Positions 41,872-56,130 of a DNA stretch of 64,000 bases are shown piece after piece; the first letter of the stretch is position 1, and each line of letters starts with the position of its first letter. The DNA is taken from NCBI GenBank assembly GCA_951406725.2, contig OX597840.1, positions 22,444,001 to 22,508,000 on the forward strand, read 5' to 3'. Under the pieces are notes generated by a model. That model saw only the letters and a list, made by a program, of their open reading frames with translations. It made no database searches and was not told the origin of the DNA. The stretch is from Octopus vulgaris (Eukaryota). Made by a program: the position numbers and the translations under genes.

Positions 41872-43481
41872 GTCTACATCCCCGTAACTTAGAGGTTCAG
41901 CAAAAGAGACTGTTAGAATAAGTACTAGACCTACAAAGAATAAGTCCTGGGGTCGATATGCTCGACTGAAGGTATTGTTCCAGCATGGCCACAGTTAAAT
42001 GACTGAAACAAGTAAATGAGAGTAAAAGAGTAAATAGCGACAAAAGTCTATAACCTGTTCACTAGGGAGATAGCTGAAAATATCTCCTAATCGTCATATA
42101 ATACCTTTCATGTTGTAATTTCTGTAATAGGTGTGTTCGTTTTACGACTACGAAAGATGACACGACCATGCGCACACCAACAGAGACACATACACATCCA
42201 AGTAATCTGCTGGTACCTTTAACAAATAAACATTGACTAGCTGATCATTTACATTTCACTACACCCCACAAATATATAAAGTAATAATGTTATCTAGTAC
42301 TACCCTTCGGACATAATCAAGTTTATTTTTTGCTTTAGATAGTATATATGCGTGTGTGGGTATATACATGTATTCTTTGTAAGCCTAGTATTTATTCTAA
42401 CTTATTCTCTTTTGCCAAACCGCTAAAATACAGGGAGTAAGACACACCAGCATCGGTTAAAAACATCAACAACTACAGTCATACGAGGATAATGACCAAA
42501 CTGTCTACTCTTATCCACCAGTTCCAACACGATTTAACAAAAAAGGAGACAAATTGCTTGACTAGATTTGACTGCAAAGCCAGTAACATCTGTGGACTTC
42601 CCAAAATCTACAAAAGTTAAGCCATAAACAAAACCTGTAACAAGTTAACTTCTATAGTCATAAATATTCCACACCCGAGAGATCTCCGAATGAGGCCAAT
42701 TATGGCCGATCCAGGTATGTAGCTACAGGGAGCATTGGGTGCTTAACAATCGCAAATCTGAAGTCGCAATAAATTGAACTTCTTTTCATTTAGCAGCTAG
42801 TGATTTGCAAATGTGGGTATCTTGGAGATGCTTAAAGTGTTTGTTGTAGCTGTAATTGTCGCACACACACAAACGAATAAAAACACAGTCGCTCACACAC
42901 ACGTACACACAGAGATAAAAACAATCACACAAACAGAAACACTGAAATGAAAATACCGACACGCACAAATAAAAACAGTTCCACGTACACAAACACTGAT
43001 ACATGTAGGGAAGTAACTCTGGAAGATTTTGTAATTATCTCCCTTTCAAGAGTTCCTTCCCTTGCCTTGTATATTTAACAATTATTAGTATATGTGAGGG
43101 AAGTAACACTGGAAGATATTGGAGTTATCTTCCTTCGTAGAGTTACTTACCTTGCATATTATAATTTAATAGCTAATAATATGCGAGGGGAGTAACTCTA
43201 GAAAGGAAGATAACTACAAAAATCTTCCAGATTTACTTCCCTTACATTTACTTTAAATCTTTTCCTGGTTTAGTTATTTGACTGTGCCCATGCTGGAGCA
43301 CAGCCTTTTCTAGAGCAAATCGACAATGGGACTTTTATCAACTTCAGTCTAGTATTTATTCTGTTGGTCTTCTTTTCCCGAAGGGATAAGTTAATGGAGT
43401 GTAAACATCACCGGCATCGGTTTTGGGGACATCGAAAAATACACACATATACATATAAATATCTATATGTATATACATGTT

Positions 43482-43532
<51 letters not shown>

Positions 43533-43533
43533 G

Positions 43534-43587
<54 letters not shown>

Positions 43588-45517
43588 AATCTATCTTCTT
43601 CGAGCACATCGTCAGCAGCACTTATTCTTTTCTGCCGAGCCGCTGAAATACAGGGAGTAAAACACACCTGTATCGGTTACAGTCATTCGAAGGTAATGGC
43701 CAAACTGTCTACTCTTATCCACCAGTTCCAACACGATTTAACCAAAAATGAGACAAATTGCTTGACTAGATTTCACTGCAAAGCCAGTAACATCTATGAA
43801 CTTCCCAAAATCTAAAGAAGTTAAGCCATAAACAAAACCTGTAACAAGTTAACTTCTATAGTTATAAATATTCCACACCCGAGAGGTCTCCGAATGAGGC
43901 CAATTATGGCCGATCCAGGTATGTAGATACGGGGTGCTTAACACTCGCAAATCTGAAGTCGCTAAAGGTGCAATGAATTGAACTTCTTTTCATTTAGAAC
44001 TTAGGGATCTGCAAATGTGGGTATCTTAGAGATGCTTAAAGTGTTTCTTGTAGCTGTAATTGTCGCACACACACAAACGAATAAAAACACAGTCGCTCAC
44101 GTACACACAGAAATAAAAACATTCACACAAACACAAACACTGAAATGAAAATACCAACACACACAAACATATAAAAACAGTACCACGCACACAAACACTG
44201 AAAAAAAAATTCTCACAAAAACACTCACATACGCACAAATGAAAATACACAGCTACATATTCAAACACTCAAACACGCGGACAAACACAGAAATGAAGAC
44301 AGTTACATACATACACATGCACAAACACAGACACACACAAATAGAAATGAAAAATACAGTTACACATCCAAACTCTCACACACTCACATACGCACAAACA
44401 CACACTAACACACACAAACATACGCACCCACACACAGAAATGAAAACGCAGTTACACACTCACACATAAAACCCTAACCCTAAATAGCACAAACATACAA
44501 TTTATTCAGAATGTAAAGGGGCGTTGGGTGCATTGAACTCGCAGTTAGAATATCAGCCCCCTCCACGCCAGTATGAGAATTTCTTTTATCCACTTGTGAA
44601 ATTAATACACTATCGACACATGGGAAAAATATGAGCAACATCTCAAGTCACTAAAGGTGCAATAAATTGAACTTGTTTTGATTTAGTACTTAGTGATCTC
44701 AAATGTGGGTATCTTAGAAATGGTCAAAGTGCTTGTTGCATTTCTGTCGCACACACACAAACAAATAGAAACACTCAGTCGCTCACACACTCGCGCACAC
44801 AGAAATAAAAACACTCTCTCACACACACACAAACACTGAAATGAAAATACCGGCACTCACTTAAATAAAAACAGTCCCACACATGCAAGGAGCCCCAATA
44901 GGTATATCAAAAAAGTTTCTAGTATCTTTCTTAGCCCATAATTTATGATAATTGAAGTTCTTACAATAAATAAATACCTACTAATTCAGTACATCGAACA
45001 TTACGTCCCCGTAACTTATCGGATCTGCAAAAGAGACCTATACGTTAAGTAATAGGCATACAAAGAATAATTCCTGTGGTTGATTTGCTTGACTAAAGGC
45101 GGTGCTCCACCATGGTCACAGTGAAATAACTGAAAGTGTATGTTACGAGAACTACATACTTAAGGGAGATAACTACAAAGTATCTTCTACAGTTACTTCC
45201 CTTGAATATTATATTTTAACAATAATAAAATAATATGCAAGAGAAATTAACTCTCGGAAGGGAGACAACTAGATAACATCTTCCAGAGTTACTTTCCTTA
45301 CATATAATTATATTACTTTGATTAAATTATAATGTACAGAGGGAAATAACTCTCGAAAATATTATTCAGACATGACACACTTTTACGATTTTTTGGAGTT
45401 TAACTGCTCTCTCTATTGAGTCTGATATCCCATTATGGCCATCCCTTATATGTTTAAATATCTATATGTATATACATATATCTGTCAATATATACCTGTC
45501 TCTCTCTCTCTCTCTCT

Positions 45518-45577
<60 letters not shown>

Positions 45578-46326
45578 CTATCTATATACGACGGGCTACT
45601 TTCTGTTTCGGTGTACCAAATCTACTCAGAAATGTTGGTCTGTCCGAGGCTATATTGGAAGACACTTGCCCATGGGGCCACGTAGTTGGACTGAACCAGA
45701 ATCACCGTGTTTGGAAAGGAAGCTACATACCACAGCCACTCTTACTACTACATACATATGTATATATATATATACGACAGTCTTCTTTTAGTTTCCGTCT
45801 CCCAAATCCACTCACAAGGCTTGGGTCGGCCCGAGACTATAGTAGAAGACATTTGCCCAACATGCCACCCAGTGGGACTGAACTCGGAAACATTTGTTAG
45901 GTAAGCAATCTAATTCCCATTCAGACACTACTGTTTGTTAACCGGACAAGTTCAAGGTGAGCCCTAATTGTTTGTATGTAAATGAGTTCATTAATGAGGT
46001 CCGGAACTTTCACGGCTGGTTCCCATAAGACAATGCAACCACCTTGGGTATAGGTGGAATGTGCTCACACACGCAAAAACACCTACACGTTCGCACTCAC
46101 GAATATAGATACATGCAAAGACGCAATCTCGTACCTATTTATGTTTTAAATATGTTGACCTTAAAACTGTGACATTCTGGAAACACACGTCCACACCCAT
46201 GCACATAGAGACATGCATGTACGCAAACTCGTAGCTATTTATGTTTTAAACATGTTGACCTTTAAACCGTGACATTCTGTGTCTGTTTGTGCGCGCATTT
46301 CTGTGAGAATGATTGCTCACGAACCG
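41737..46326 (+). repeat. Segmental duplication copy A (partner 47537-51120)
   Basis: Collinear near-identical blocks; ORFs 45435/45466/45707 mirror 50214/50344/50504. Confidence 0.9.
43003..43247. mobile_element. Foldback/MITE-like element with long inverted arms; relatives at about 45160-45360 and 49940-50135
   Basis: ATGTAGGGAAGTAACTCTGGAAGATTTTGTAATTATCT... mirrored by ...AGATAACTACAAAAATCTTCCAGATTTACTTCCCTTACAT. Confidence 0.7.
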
Positions 46327-47536
46327 CAATGCGATGAGTTCAATCCAACAGCGTTGCACCCTGGTAAGTGTATTCAACTATAGCCTTGGGCCGACCAAAG
46401 TATGCTGAGTGGAGTTAGTAGAGGGAAACTAAAAGAAGCCCGTTGTATATATGAATATCGGCGTAGCAATGGCTATGTTGTAAGTAGTTCGCTTGCGAAC
46501 CACATGGTTTGGTGTTCACTCCCACTGCCTGTCATCTTATGCCATTGTCTACTACTGTACCCCAAGGCCGAACTAATCCTTGTGATTGGATTTAGTGGAA
46601 GGAAACTGAAAAAATACCATCGTATATATATTTAAATGTGTGTGTGTGTGTGTGTGTGTGTGTTTGTTCGCACTCGAAGGGCACACGAGAATGCACGGAC
46701 ACACGTACTATCACACATACAGATGCAAGTTTTCTTAATAAAACGGAAAGAACTCCCGTTCCATCCCTTACAGTTTCTTTTTTGTTTTAGACACTACATA
46801 TACATGCGTGGGTATATACACGTATATCTGTATGTGTATGTCTGAGTGAAACACTTTCGCGGGTGGGTCACATTAGCCGATGTGACAACCTTGGGTATAT
46901 GTGGACTGTCCTCACACACGCACAAATACCCACACTTCCGCACTCATGCACATAGATACATGCAAAGCTATTTCATGTTTTAAATATGTTGACCTTAAAA
47001 CCGTGACATTCTTAAAAAATTTTATGAGTGTCTGGGTCAGCCAATATGTGTGCTTTCATCTCTGTGTCTGTTTGCGCTCGCGCATGTGTGTGAGAGTGTT
47101 TGCTCACCAACCTCAATGTGCTGGGTTCAATCCAACATCGTGGCACCTTCGGCAAGTATATTCAACTATACCCCCGGGCCGACAAAAGTATTCTGAGTAG
47201 GGTTGGTAGAGGGAAACCGAAAGAAGACCGTCGTGTATATGAATATCGGCGCAGGAATGGCTGTGGTAAGTAGTTTGCCTACGAACCACATGGTTTCAGT
47301 TTCATTCCCACTGCCTCTCATCTTGTCCAATTGTCTTCTAAACCTAAACCTAACCCTAATCCATTCCAGCCTATTATTATTCAAACACTATTTACGTATC
47401 CTAATGTTAAATTGTATTAGTATCAATCAACGGATGTAGCTCTTGTCAAGTAAGGGATGTAGAAGGAGTTACTTTCCTTGGTTTGAGATTCATTTTTATA
47501 TTTAAGTGCTGTAAGTTTAAATGCCAAAGGGAGATG

Positions 47537-48150
47537 AAACTATGAGTTAGGGTTAAATGTGTGTATTTCCATTTCTGTGTGTGCGAATACGTGCTTTTAT
47601 ATACATGTGTGTATGTGTGTGTGTATATATATATATATGTCTAGGTCTCCGTAACTTAGAGGTTCAGCGAAAGAGACTGTTAGAATAAGTACTAGACTTA
47701 CAAAGAATAATCCTGGGGTCGATATGCTCAACTGAAGGTGTTGTTCCAGCATGGCCACAGTTAAATGACTGAAACAAGTAAATGAGAGTAAAAGAGTAAA
47801 TAGCGACAAAAGTCTATAACCTGTTCACTAGGGAGATAGCTGAAAATATCTCCTAATCGTCATATAATACCTTTCATGTTGTAATTTCTGTAATAGGTGT
47901 GTTCGTTTTACGACTACGAAAGATGACACGACCATGCGCACACCAACAGAGACACATACACATCCAAGTAATCTGCTGGTACCTTTAACAAATAAACATT
48001 GACTAGCTGATCATTTACATTTCACTACACCCCACAAATATATAAAGTAATAATGTTATCTAGTACTACCCTTCGGACATAATCAAGTTTATTTTTTGCT
48101 TTAGATAGTATATATGCGTGTGTGGGTATATAGACGTATATCTGTATGTA

Positions 48151-48208
<58 letters not shown>

Positions 48209-50338
48209 CTGGAGCGCCGCCTTTAGTCGAGCACATCGTCCGCAGCACTTATTCTTTGTAATCCTAGTATTTATTCTAACTTGTTCTCTTTTGCCGAACC
48301 GCTAAAATACAGGGAATAAAACACACCAGCATCGGTTAAAAACATCAACAACTACAGTCAATCGAAGATAATGACCAAACTGTCTACTCTTATCCACCAG
48401 TTCCAACACGATTTAACAAAAAAGGAGACAAATTGCTTGACTAGACTTGACTGCAAAGCCATTAATGTCTATGGACTTAAACAAAACATGTAACAAGTCG
48501 CAATAAATTGAACTTCTTTTCATTCAGCAGTTAGTGATTTTCAAATGTGGGTATCTTAGAGATGCTTAAAGTGTTTGTTGTAGCTGGAATTGTCGCACAC
48601 ACACAAACGAATAAAAACGCACAGACGCTCACACACATGTACACACAGAAATGAAAACATTCACACAACACAAACAATGAAATTAAAATACCAAAACACA
48701 CTTTCACACACACACAAATAAAAACAGTCCAACGAACAAAAACACTGAAAAAATACTCACACACTCACATACGCACAAACACACACAGAAGTGAAAATAC
48801 ACATCTATATATTCACACACTCAAACACGCGGACAAATAGAGAAAAGAAAATATTTACATACCTACACACTCGAAGACACAGAAAAGAAAACACTCATAC
48901 GAACATGCTCAAACACACAGACATACACATATAGAAATGAAAAATACAGTTACACATCCAAACTCTCACACACTTACACACGCACAAACACACACACACA
49001 CATAAATGAAAATAGTCACACACACACACATACGCACCCACACACAGAAATGAAAACACAGTTACACACTCACACATAAAACCCTAACCCTAACTAGCAC
49101 AAACAAGCTGCCAGACGAGATGGTGAAGATGCCGACGACCGCTTTGTTCAAAGCCTCCCTGAACCTCAAGTGGCCTGAACTCTTTAGATGAACACCACCC
49201 TGTACTTAACTCCATGTCCCCCTACATGGCCTTGCTATTTGCTTTTGAGCCAAATTAACTAACTAACTAAACATACAATTTATTCAGAATGTAAAGGGGC
49301 GTTGGGTGCATTGAACTCGCAGTTAGAATATCAGCCCCCTCCACGCCAGTATGAGAATTTCTTTTATCCACTTGTGAAATTAATACACTATCGACACATG
49401 GGAAAAATATGAGCAACATCTCAAGTCACTAAAGGTGCAATAAATTGAACTTGTTTTGATTTAGTACTTAGTGATCTCAAATGTGGGTATCTTAGAAATG
49501 GTCAAAGTGCTTGTTGCATTTCTGTCGCACACACACAAACAAATAGAAACACTCAGTCGCTCACACACTCGCGCACACAGAAATAAAAACACTCTCTCAC
49601 ACACACACAAACACTGAAATGAAAATACCGGCACTCACTTAAATAAAAACAGTCCCACACATGCAAGGAGCCCCAATAGGTATATCAAAAAAGTTTCTAG
49701 TATCTTTCTTAGCCCATAATTTATGATAATTGAAGTTCTTACAATAAATAAATACCTACTAATTCAGTACATCGAACATTACGTCCCCATAACTTATCGG
49801 ATCTGCAAAAGAGACCTATACGTTAAGTAATAGGCATACAAAGAATAATTCCTGTGGTTGATTTGCTTGACTAAAGGCGGTGCTCCACCATGGTCACAGT
49901 GAAATAACTGAAAGTCTATATTACGAGAACTACATACTTAAGGGAGACAACTACAAAGTATCTTCTACAGTTACTTCCCTTGAATATTATATTTTAACAA
50001 TAATAAAATAACATGCAAGAGAAATTAACTCTCGGAAGGGAGACAACTAGATAACATCTTCCAGAGTTACTTTCCTTACATATAATTATATTACTTTGAT
50101 TAAATTATAATGTACAGAGGGAAATAACTCTCGAAAATATTATTCAGACATGACACACTTTTACGATTTTTTGGAGTTTAACTGCTCTCTCTAGTGAGTC
50201 GGATGTCTCATTATTGCCATCCATTATATATTTAAATATCTATATGTATATACATATATCTGTCAATATATACCTATGTCTCTCTCTCTTTCTCTCTCTC
50301 TCTCTATATATATATATATGTATATATACATACATATA

Positions 50339-50370
<32 letters not shown>

Positions 50371-51120
50371 CACCTATCTATTATACGACGGGCTACTTTC
50401 TGTTTCCGTGTACCAAATCTACTCAGAAATGTTGGTCTGTCCGAGGCTATATTGGAAGACACTTGCCCATGGGGCCACGTAGTTGGACTGAACCAGAATC
50501 ACCGTGTTTGGAAAGGAAGCTACATACCACAGCCACTCATACTGCTACATACATATGTATATATATATATACGACAGTCTTCTTTTAGTTTCCGTCTCTC
50601 AAATCCACTCACAAGGCTTTGGTCGGCCCGAGACTATAGTAGAAGACATTTGCCCAACATGCCACCCAGTGGGACTGAACTCGGAAACATTTGTTAGGTA
50701 AGCAATCTAATTCCCATTCAGACACTACTGTTTGTTAACCGGACAAGTTCAAGGTGATCCCTAATTGTTTGTATGCAAATGAGTTCATTAATGGGGTCCG
50801 GAACATTAATGGGGTCCCATAAGACAATGCAACCACCTTGCGTATAGGTGGACTGTGCTCACACACGCACAAACACCCACACGTCCGCACTCACGAATAT
50901 AGATACATGCAAAGACGCAATCTCGTACCTATTTATGTTTTAAATATGTTGACCTTAAAACTGCGACATTCTGGAAACACACGTCAACACCCATGCACAT
51001 AGAGACATGCATGTACGCAAACTCGTAGCTATTTATGTTTTAAACATGTTGACCTTTAAACCGTGACATTCTGTGTCTGTTTGTGCGTGCATTTCTGTGA
51101 GAATGATTGCTTACAAACCG
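47537..51120 (+). repeat. Segmental duplication copy B
   Basis: Collinear with copy A; lacks one internal module and carries an extra 168-bp insertion. Confidence 0.9.
49106..49273 (+). mobile_element. 168-bp LINE 3' end with (AACT)n tail and 5-bp AAACA target duplication
   Basis: Absent at the homologous site in copy A (GCACAAACATACAA at about 44487); reads KLPDEMVKMPTTALFKASL, like a CR1/L2 ORF2 terminus. Confidence 0.8.
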
Positions 51121-51211
51121 TAAATTTTGGAGTCAATCCGATGGGATGTAGTGGCCTTTAAACCATTCCAGACAAACGAACAAACTTTTCGCATTTCAGT
51201 TTTATAAGTAG

Positions 51212-51242
<31 letters not shown>

Positions 51243-51248
51243 CTGCTA

Positions 51249-51410
51249 GGCGTAGGAGTGGCTTTGTGATAAGTAGCTTGCTTACGAACCGCAGTGTTCT
51301 GGCTTTAGTCCCACTGCGTGGAACCTTGGACAAGTGTCTTCAACTATAGCCTCGGGGTGACCAAAGCCTTGTGAATAGATTTCGTAGACGGAAACTAAAA
51401 GAAGCCCAAT

Positions 51411-51455
<45 letters not shown>

Positions 51456-51645
51456 CATATACGTTTGTATGCCTCTTTATCCATCGAACATCGCTTGACA
51501 AACGATGCTGCTGTTTTCACGCACCCGTAACTGAACGGTTCAGCAAAAGAGAATAGGTCCTGGGCTCTATTTGTTTGACTGAAGGCGGTGCTCCAACATG
51601 GCCACAGTCAAATAACTGAAAGTAGCAAAAGTGAGTGAAAGAGTA
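51249..51645 (+). mobile_element. Near full-length tRNA-derived SINE with internal (TA)n; partial copies at about 41875-42035, 45590-45930(-), 46300-46630, 47100-47330, 47645-47800 and 60383-60530
   Basis: GGCGTAGGAGTGGC head, CCTTGGACAAGTGTCTT core, GGCGGTGCTCCAACATGGCCACAGTC tail. Confidence 0.8.
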
Positions 51646-51736
51646 ATTAGCGAAAACAGTGTATATTCTGTTGTGTCTGGGGAGAGTCTTTCTCTTTTAG
51701 TGCCTTATTATTAAATACACACTCACAAGTAAAAAT

Positions 51737-52175
51737 TCAAGGAGTGATATTAGTAGAGACCACAGCCCATGGAGAACTAGCCCTTAGATTTAGAAAAGCT
51801 CTGAAAGAGATCAAACTCAACATTAAAATTGTTCAAAAGCCAAGGAACTCCATCAGGTCACAATTATGAAGGACATGCCCGTTTAAGAATACCATATGCA
51901 CAATTGATAACTGCATGACATGTAGAATTAGCCCTGGTATTAACTGTAGAACTCGAAATGTAGTTTACAATATAAGATGCATAGAAGGTGCTTGTAAGGA
52001 CATGAACATGATGTACATAGAGGAGACGTCTAAGAGCATTGCGGAACGGATAAATGAACATTTAAGACAACTTGACGACAGAAAACAGTCTTCTATACTC
52101 TACCAACATGCCAAAGACCACCATGGAGATAACTTGGGTCAACTTGACATCCGCATCTTATCTAAGCACCCAGCC
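51737..52175 (+). mobile_element. Penelope-like GIY-YIG endonuclease fragment
   Basis: CMTC...CRTRNVVYNIRC..C..YIEETSKSIAERINEH...LYQH..DHH; one in-frame stop upstream. Confidence 0.85.
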
Positions 52176-53321
52176 CTCATCCCTGCTTTTCAATGCTAAA
52201 CCCGATATAAAACAGTCATCAACACTATAAATAAACCTGTTCAATCTCTACCCTCCTCATCACCCCAAATCCTAACCCCTAGTTCAAACTTTGATCTCTT
52301 ACTTGACTATTCTCTCTAAAAACCCTTCACAAATCCTCAAGCTGACCCTAATATAGACTAAACTCTGAAAACCAATCCTAACAGTAAACCCACACCAAAA
52401 TAAGAAAGACCACTTACCTTTGGCCATTTGGGATCTATAATACAAGGCATGATATGCAAACAACAAGCAAAATATCAACCAACATTTGAAAGTCAAGTTT
52501 TATCTGTGTCGAATCATGATATACACTTGTTTAATAAATACAGTTGTCCTTACATTTACACAGTACATTGCTTCCACAAGTCATCAAACTAATCATTCTG
52601 ATGCGAAATCAATTGTTTTTATTTATAAATAGAAACAAATTAATTATTGAAATTAATATAAGAAATACAATTAACGTGTATGTGTGTCATCATCATTTAA
52701 CATTCGTTTTTCATGTTGTCATGGGTTGGACTATTTCACACTATCTGAGATTAATTACTACACGTACATCTAATGTCTGTTTTCACATGGTTTCTATGTC
52801 TGAGAAAAGTTTTGGTAACACTGACACTAGTAAAATTAAAAAGTAAATTTCAAGGATGAGAGGACTGCTAGTAGTGAGAGAGGTGGCTTCATCCTAACCT
52901 GTAGTATGATAGAGAGACAGGCAGAGGTGTGTCGCTGAAGAGAAACTACATGGCCACCCTGCATATATGTATGTATATAGGTAGACATCGATTAGAGCGC
53001 TTTCTCATTGCTAATATGTTAACATATGCTTGATGTGTGCTTTAAAAATTAAGTGCTTGCACTGGCACTAATTTCTTCAGATGATGAAAATCACGGAGAG
53101 GATCATAGCCCAACTAGTTAGAAAAAGACTTAATCTAGATGAGATGCAATTTGTTTTGTATCAGGAAGAAACACCAGTCATGATATATTTCTGGTAAGAA
53201 ACCCCAGGAGAAGTACCTGACCAAGTATAAACCTATGTACTTGACTTTTGTTGGTATCATAATCATTCAGGTAATAACAGATGAATATAAAACAGGCAGA
53301 CCCTAGCAACTCCTCTATGCT

Positions 53322-55272
53322 GATTACAGGATTACAACTAAACACACATATATTACAATTTATTACATTACATTCAATTCGCCATATATTATTCATTTTA
53401 TAATCCATCATCTTTCCCTTCACATTTCAGGTATACTGAAGACCCTTTACTCATTGCTTCAGACTGCATAAAATATTGGTGAAAGCAAACAGTTGTCAGA
53501 CTTATTTATGACAAAAAGCGAGTCAGTATGACCAACGTACCCTGTCCTGCACCTGATTGTGCCATGAGTTGGCCTGTAAACAATCCATGGGAGAGAGTAC
53601 TGACAAGCCTCATCGATCATCTGCAACAATGACACAGAATGTATGCACCTGCCACCTACAACAAATACAACCCCCTCCTCCAACTACACTACCATTCCCA
53701 GCCACTGAGGAAAAACGTTTTCGCCTGAGTAAGTAGCTGCTACAATACTACAGCTCCAGCACATTCAACGTCTGCAACCATTGGCAATTCTCCAAGATGT
53801 CTGACCAACCGATCCGCTTAATGCTAAACCAGTCGCCCACCATACCCCCATACCAGTCCTGGTTCATTGGCAAGAGGAAGTAAAAGCAGGTCTCGACCGG
53901 AATGTTCCACTTGGAGTTATCAAGCCTATTCCCATTGGTACATCTGTCACTTGGTGACAGACAATAGTGGTATGTCCTAACAGGTCTGGAAAACCATCTT
54001 AAAGGAGCATCGAATGGCGCACAGGCACTTAACACTGCCCTATCAGCTATGAGCTGACATTGTACCTTCTTCCACAATTGGGGAGAATCACCGCCATTGC
54101 ATTTCCCCATGACAACTGCCGTGCCAAAGTCGGTATTGAGACAATAAAGGGCCTCGTTACAGACAACACTGACACCAATGGCTTCCTTAACACTGACAGT
54201 TTCCAGTGCACAATGCTACAATAAAGAAATACACCTGACCGGGACACACACTTGTCCCCAGCCATGTGCATCTTTGGCAGCCCTATACAATACTTTATTC
54301 CCATCCATCCCGGCAAGTACAAGCTACATTCCACATGGCATGAAACTATGACTTATTGAAAAGAAGACCTGCGTAAACACAACATGAGTGCTACTGAACG
54401 GTTGTCAAAACACACATGCTCACTTCTTTCGAACTATGTCCTAATCCAGAGCCAAGTTTGACCCAATCCTACAAATGGGGGGAAAACTGGTGCCATTTAG
54501 ATGTACGTCATTTCGATCCGTACATGTTGAGAGTGGATGGATCAGGCCAAGTCACACTGTGCAACAAAATTCCTCTGGAAGTATCTACTGCTTCTTCCCC
54601 ACGCCCCACTGCTCATGGTATCTGGACCACCTGCGTTCTTCACGCCAACACCAGTGATGAGACTACCTTCTCAACCCACTTTAACAGCACCTCATGCAGC
54701 TGCAACACCAATGCCCACTTCCCGACTCCAAAATTACCATGACCAGAAATGCATCTCACCGCCTACCCACAGAGCCACGCCAACTTACCCCACCTTTACC
54801 ACAAGTGGTCATACCCCAACACCCCTTGAAACCCCTGCTTTCCAAAAGTGACCCTTGCCTGATGCAGTTTATCCTCCATCCAGCAATTGTCCTGTTTGTC
54901 GCTCTGCCAGACTCGCAAAGACTGACACAAAAGCCTGATGCACAACTGACACGTTGCTCCTTGATCGTCACACCGTCAATATTGATTAAGGGTCTCTTGC
55001 ACTAATTATTATTTTCGTTAATCATTTAATACATATTATTAGTCTTCTTTGCTTCTCTCAAAGGAATTGGGGAGGGCATAGAGGATGACAACTGAACACT
55101 CATATATTATCATTTGTTATATTACATTCAATTAGCCATACATTATTAGTTTCATTATCCAAATATTTTCCTTCACATTTCATGTATACCGAGGACCTTC
55201 TTTTTCATTGCTTCAATCAGTGTACATAAAGTGTTTGTGAAAGCAAAGAGTTTTCACACTTATTTACTAATG
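53322..55272 (+). mobile_element. Degenerate, internally deleted Gypsy LTR retrotransposon with both LTRs (about 53322-53512 and 55079-55272)
   Basis: LPFPATEE..YYSSSTFNVC, HWQEEVKAGLD (RT start) and AFPH.NCRA.VG, RNTPDRDT.LSPAMCIFG (integrase); purine tract AAGGAATTGGGGAGGG before the 3' LTR; LTRs similar but diverged. Confidence 0.85.
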
Positions 55273-55319
55273 AGCTTCTTCTTATAGCTAAATCACTACC
55301 AGAACTAGAGAACAAATTG

Positions 55320-56130
55320 TGCGTACGGAAGCAAGGTCTAGAATTGAAAGGTCACAGAATTAACCTACCCAACCCTAACACAAAGTCTTAGTAAGTAGGA
55401 AAACAGATAAATCGTAAAGCCCTTCAGGTACATGGCCATCCTCAATATGAAGGAAACAGGTAGGTAGATGTACTCTGTATAAAACATAATAGGTGTAGCA
55501 ATATCAGAGGAAGGTAAACTGGGAAAATATTTTTTGCATGTGGAAGGCGCACATGTACAGTAAACACTAAAAGTGTACAGAAAATGGGCTTCATCAAATA
55601 CCAGAGGAGTACGATAAAGATTGTTGAGCAACAAAGTCAGTAGCAGAGGTAGATGAACCAAGAGTGAGGCTGCAAGAATAAAAATAGGCTGAGCAAATTC
55701 AGAGAGCTCCTTCCTCTGTTTAGTAACTAAGGGTCTCTCCTTCAGAGTGAAAGCCAGATTTATTATACCTGTGCAGACAACTATGTTACATGGCAGAAGA
55801 AGTAGACATAAGAAGGCATTGGACAAGGTGGTAATGCATGATCTTTGACTGTTGGAACTTATAAAGGCAATGACTAATGACTGACACCTTTCATGACATG
55901 CCGTGCCTTAGAAGACAATATATTGTAATTAATTTCCCATCAATTAATTTTTTCACAACCCCTGCCCACAACACTCATGGAGTGCTTGATGTTAAGAAGG
56001 GCATCCAGCCATAGAAACAATGACAAATCAAGACTGGAGTCTGCTGCAGACCCTCAGCTTACAGCCCTGATGAAACTGTCCAACCCAAGCCAGCATAGAA
56101 AATGGACATTAAATGATGATGATGATGATG
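55320..56130 (+). mobile_element. Degenerate RTE-clade LINE 3' portion, same family as 1880-3208
   Basis: Shared AAAGTCTTAGTAAG...CCCTTCAGGTA and AAATTCAGAGAGCT...CAGAGTGAAAG; tail GGACATTAAATGATGATGATG. Confidence 0.8.
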
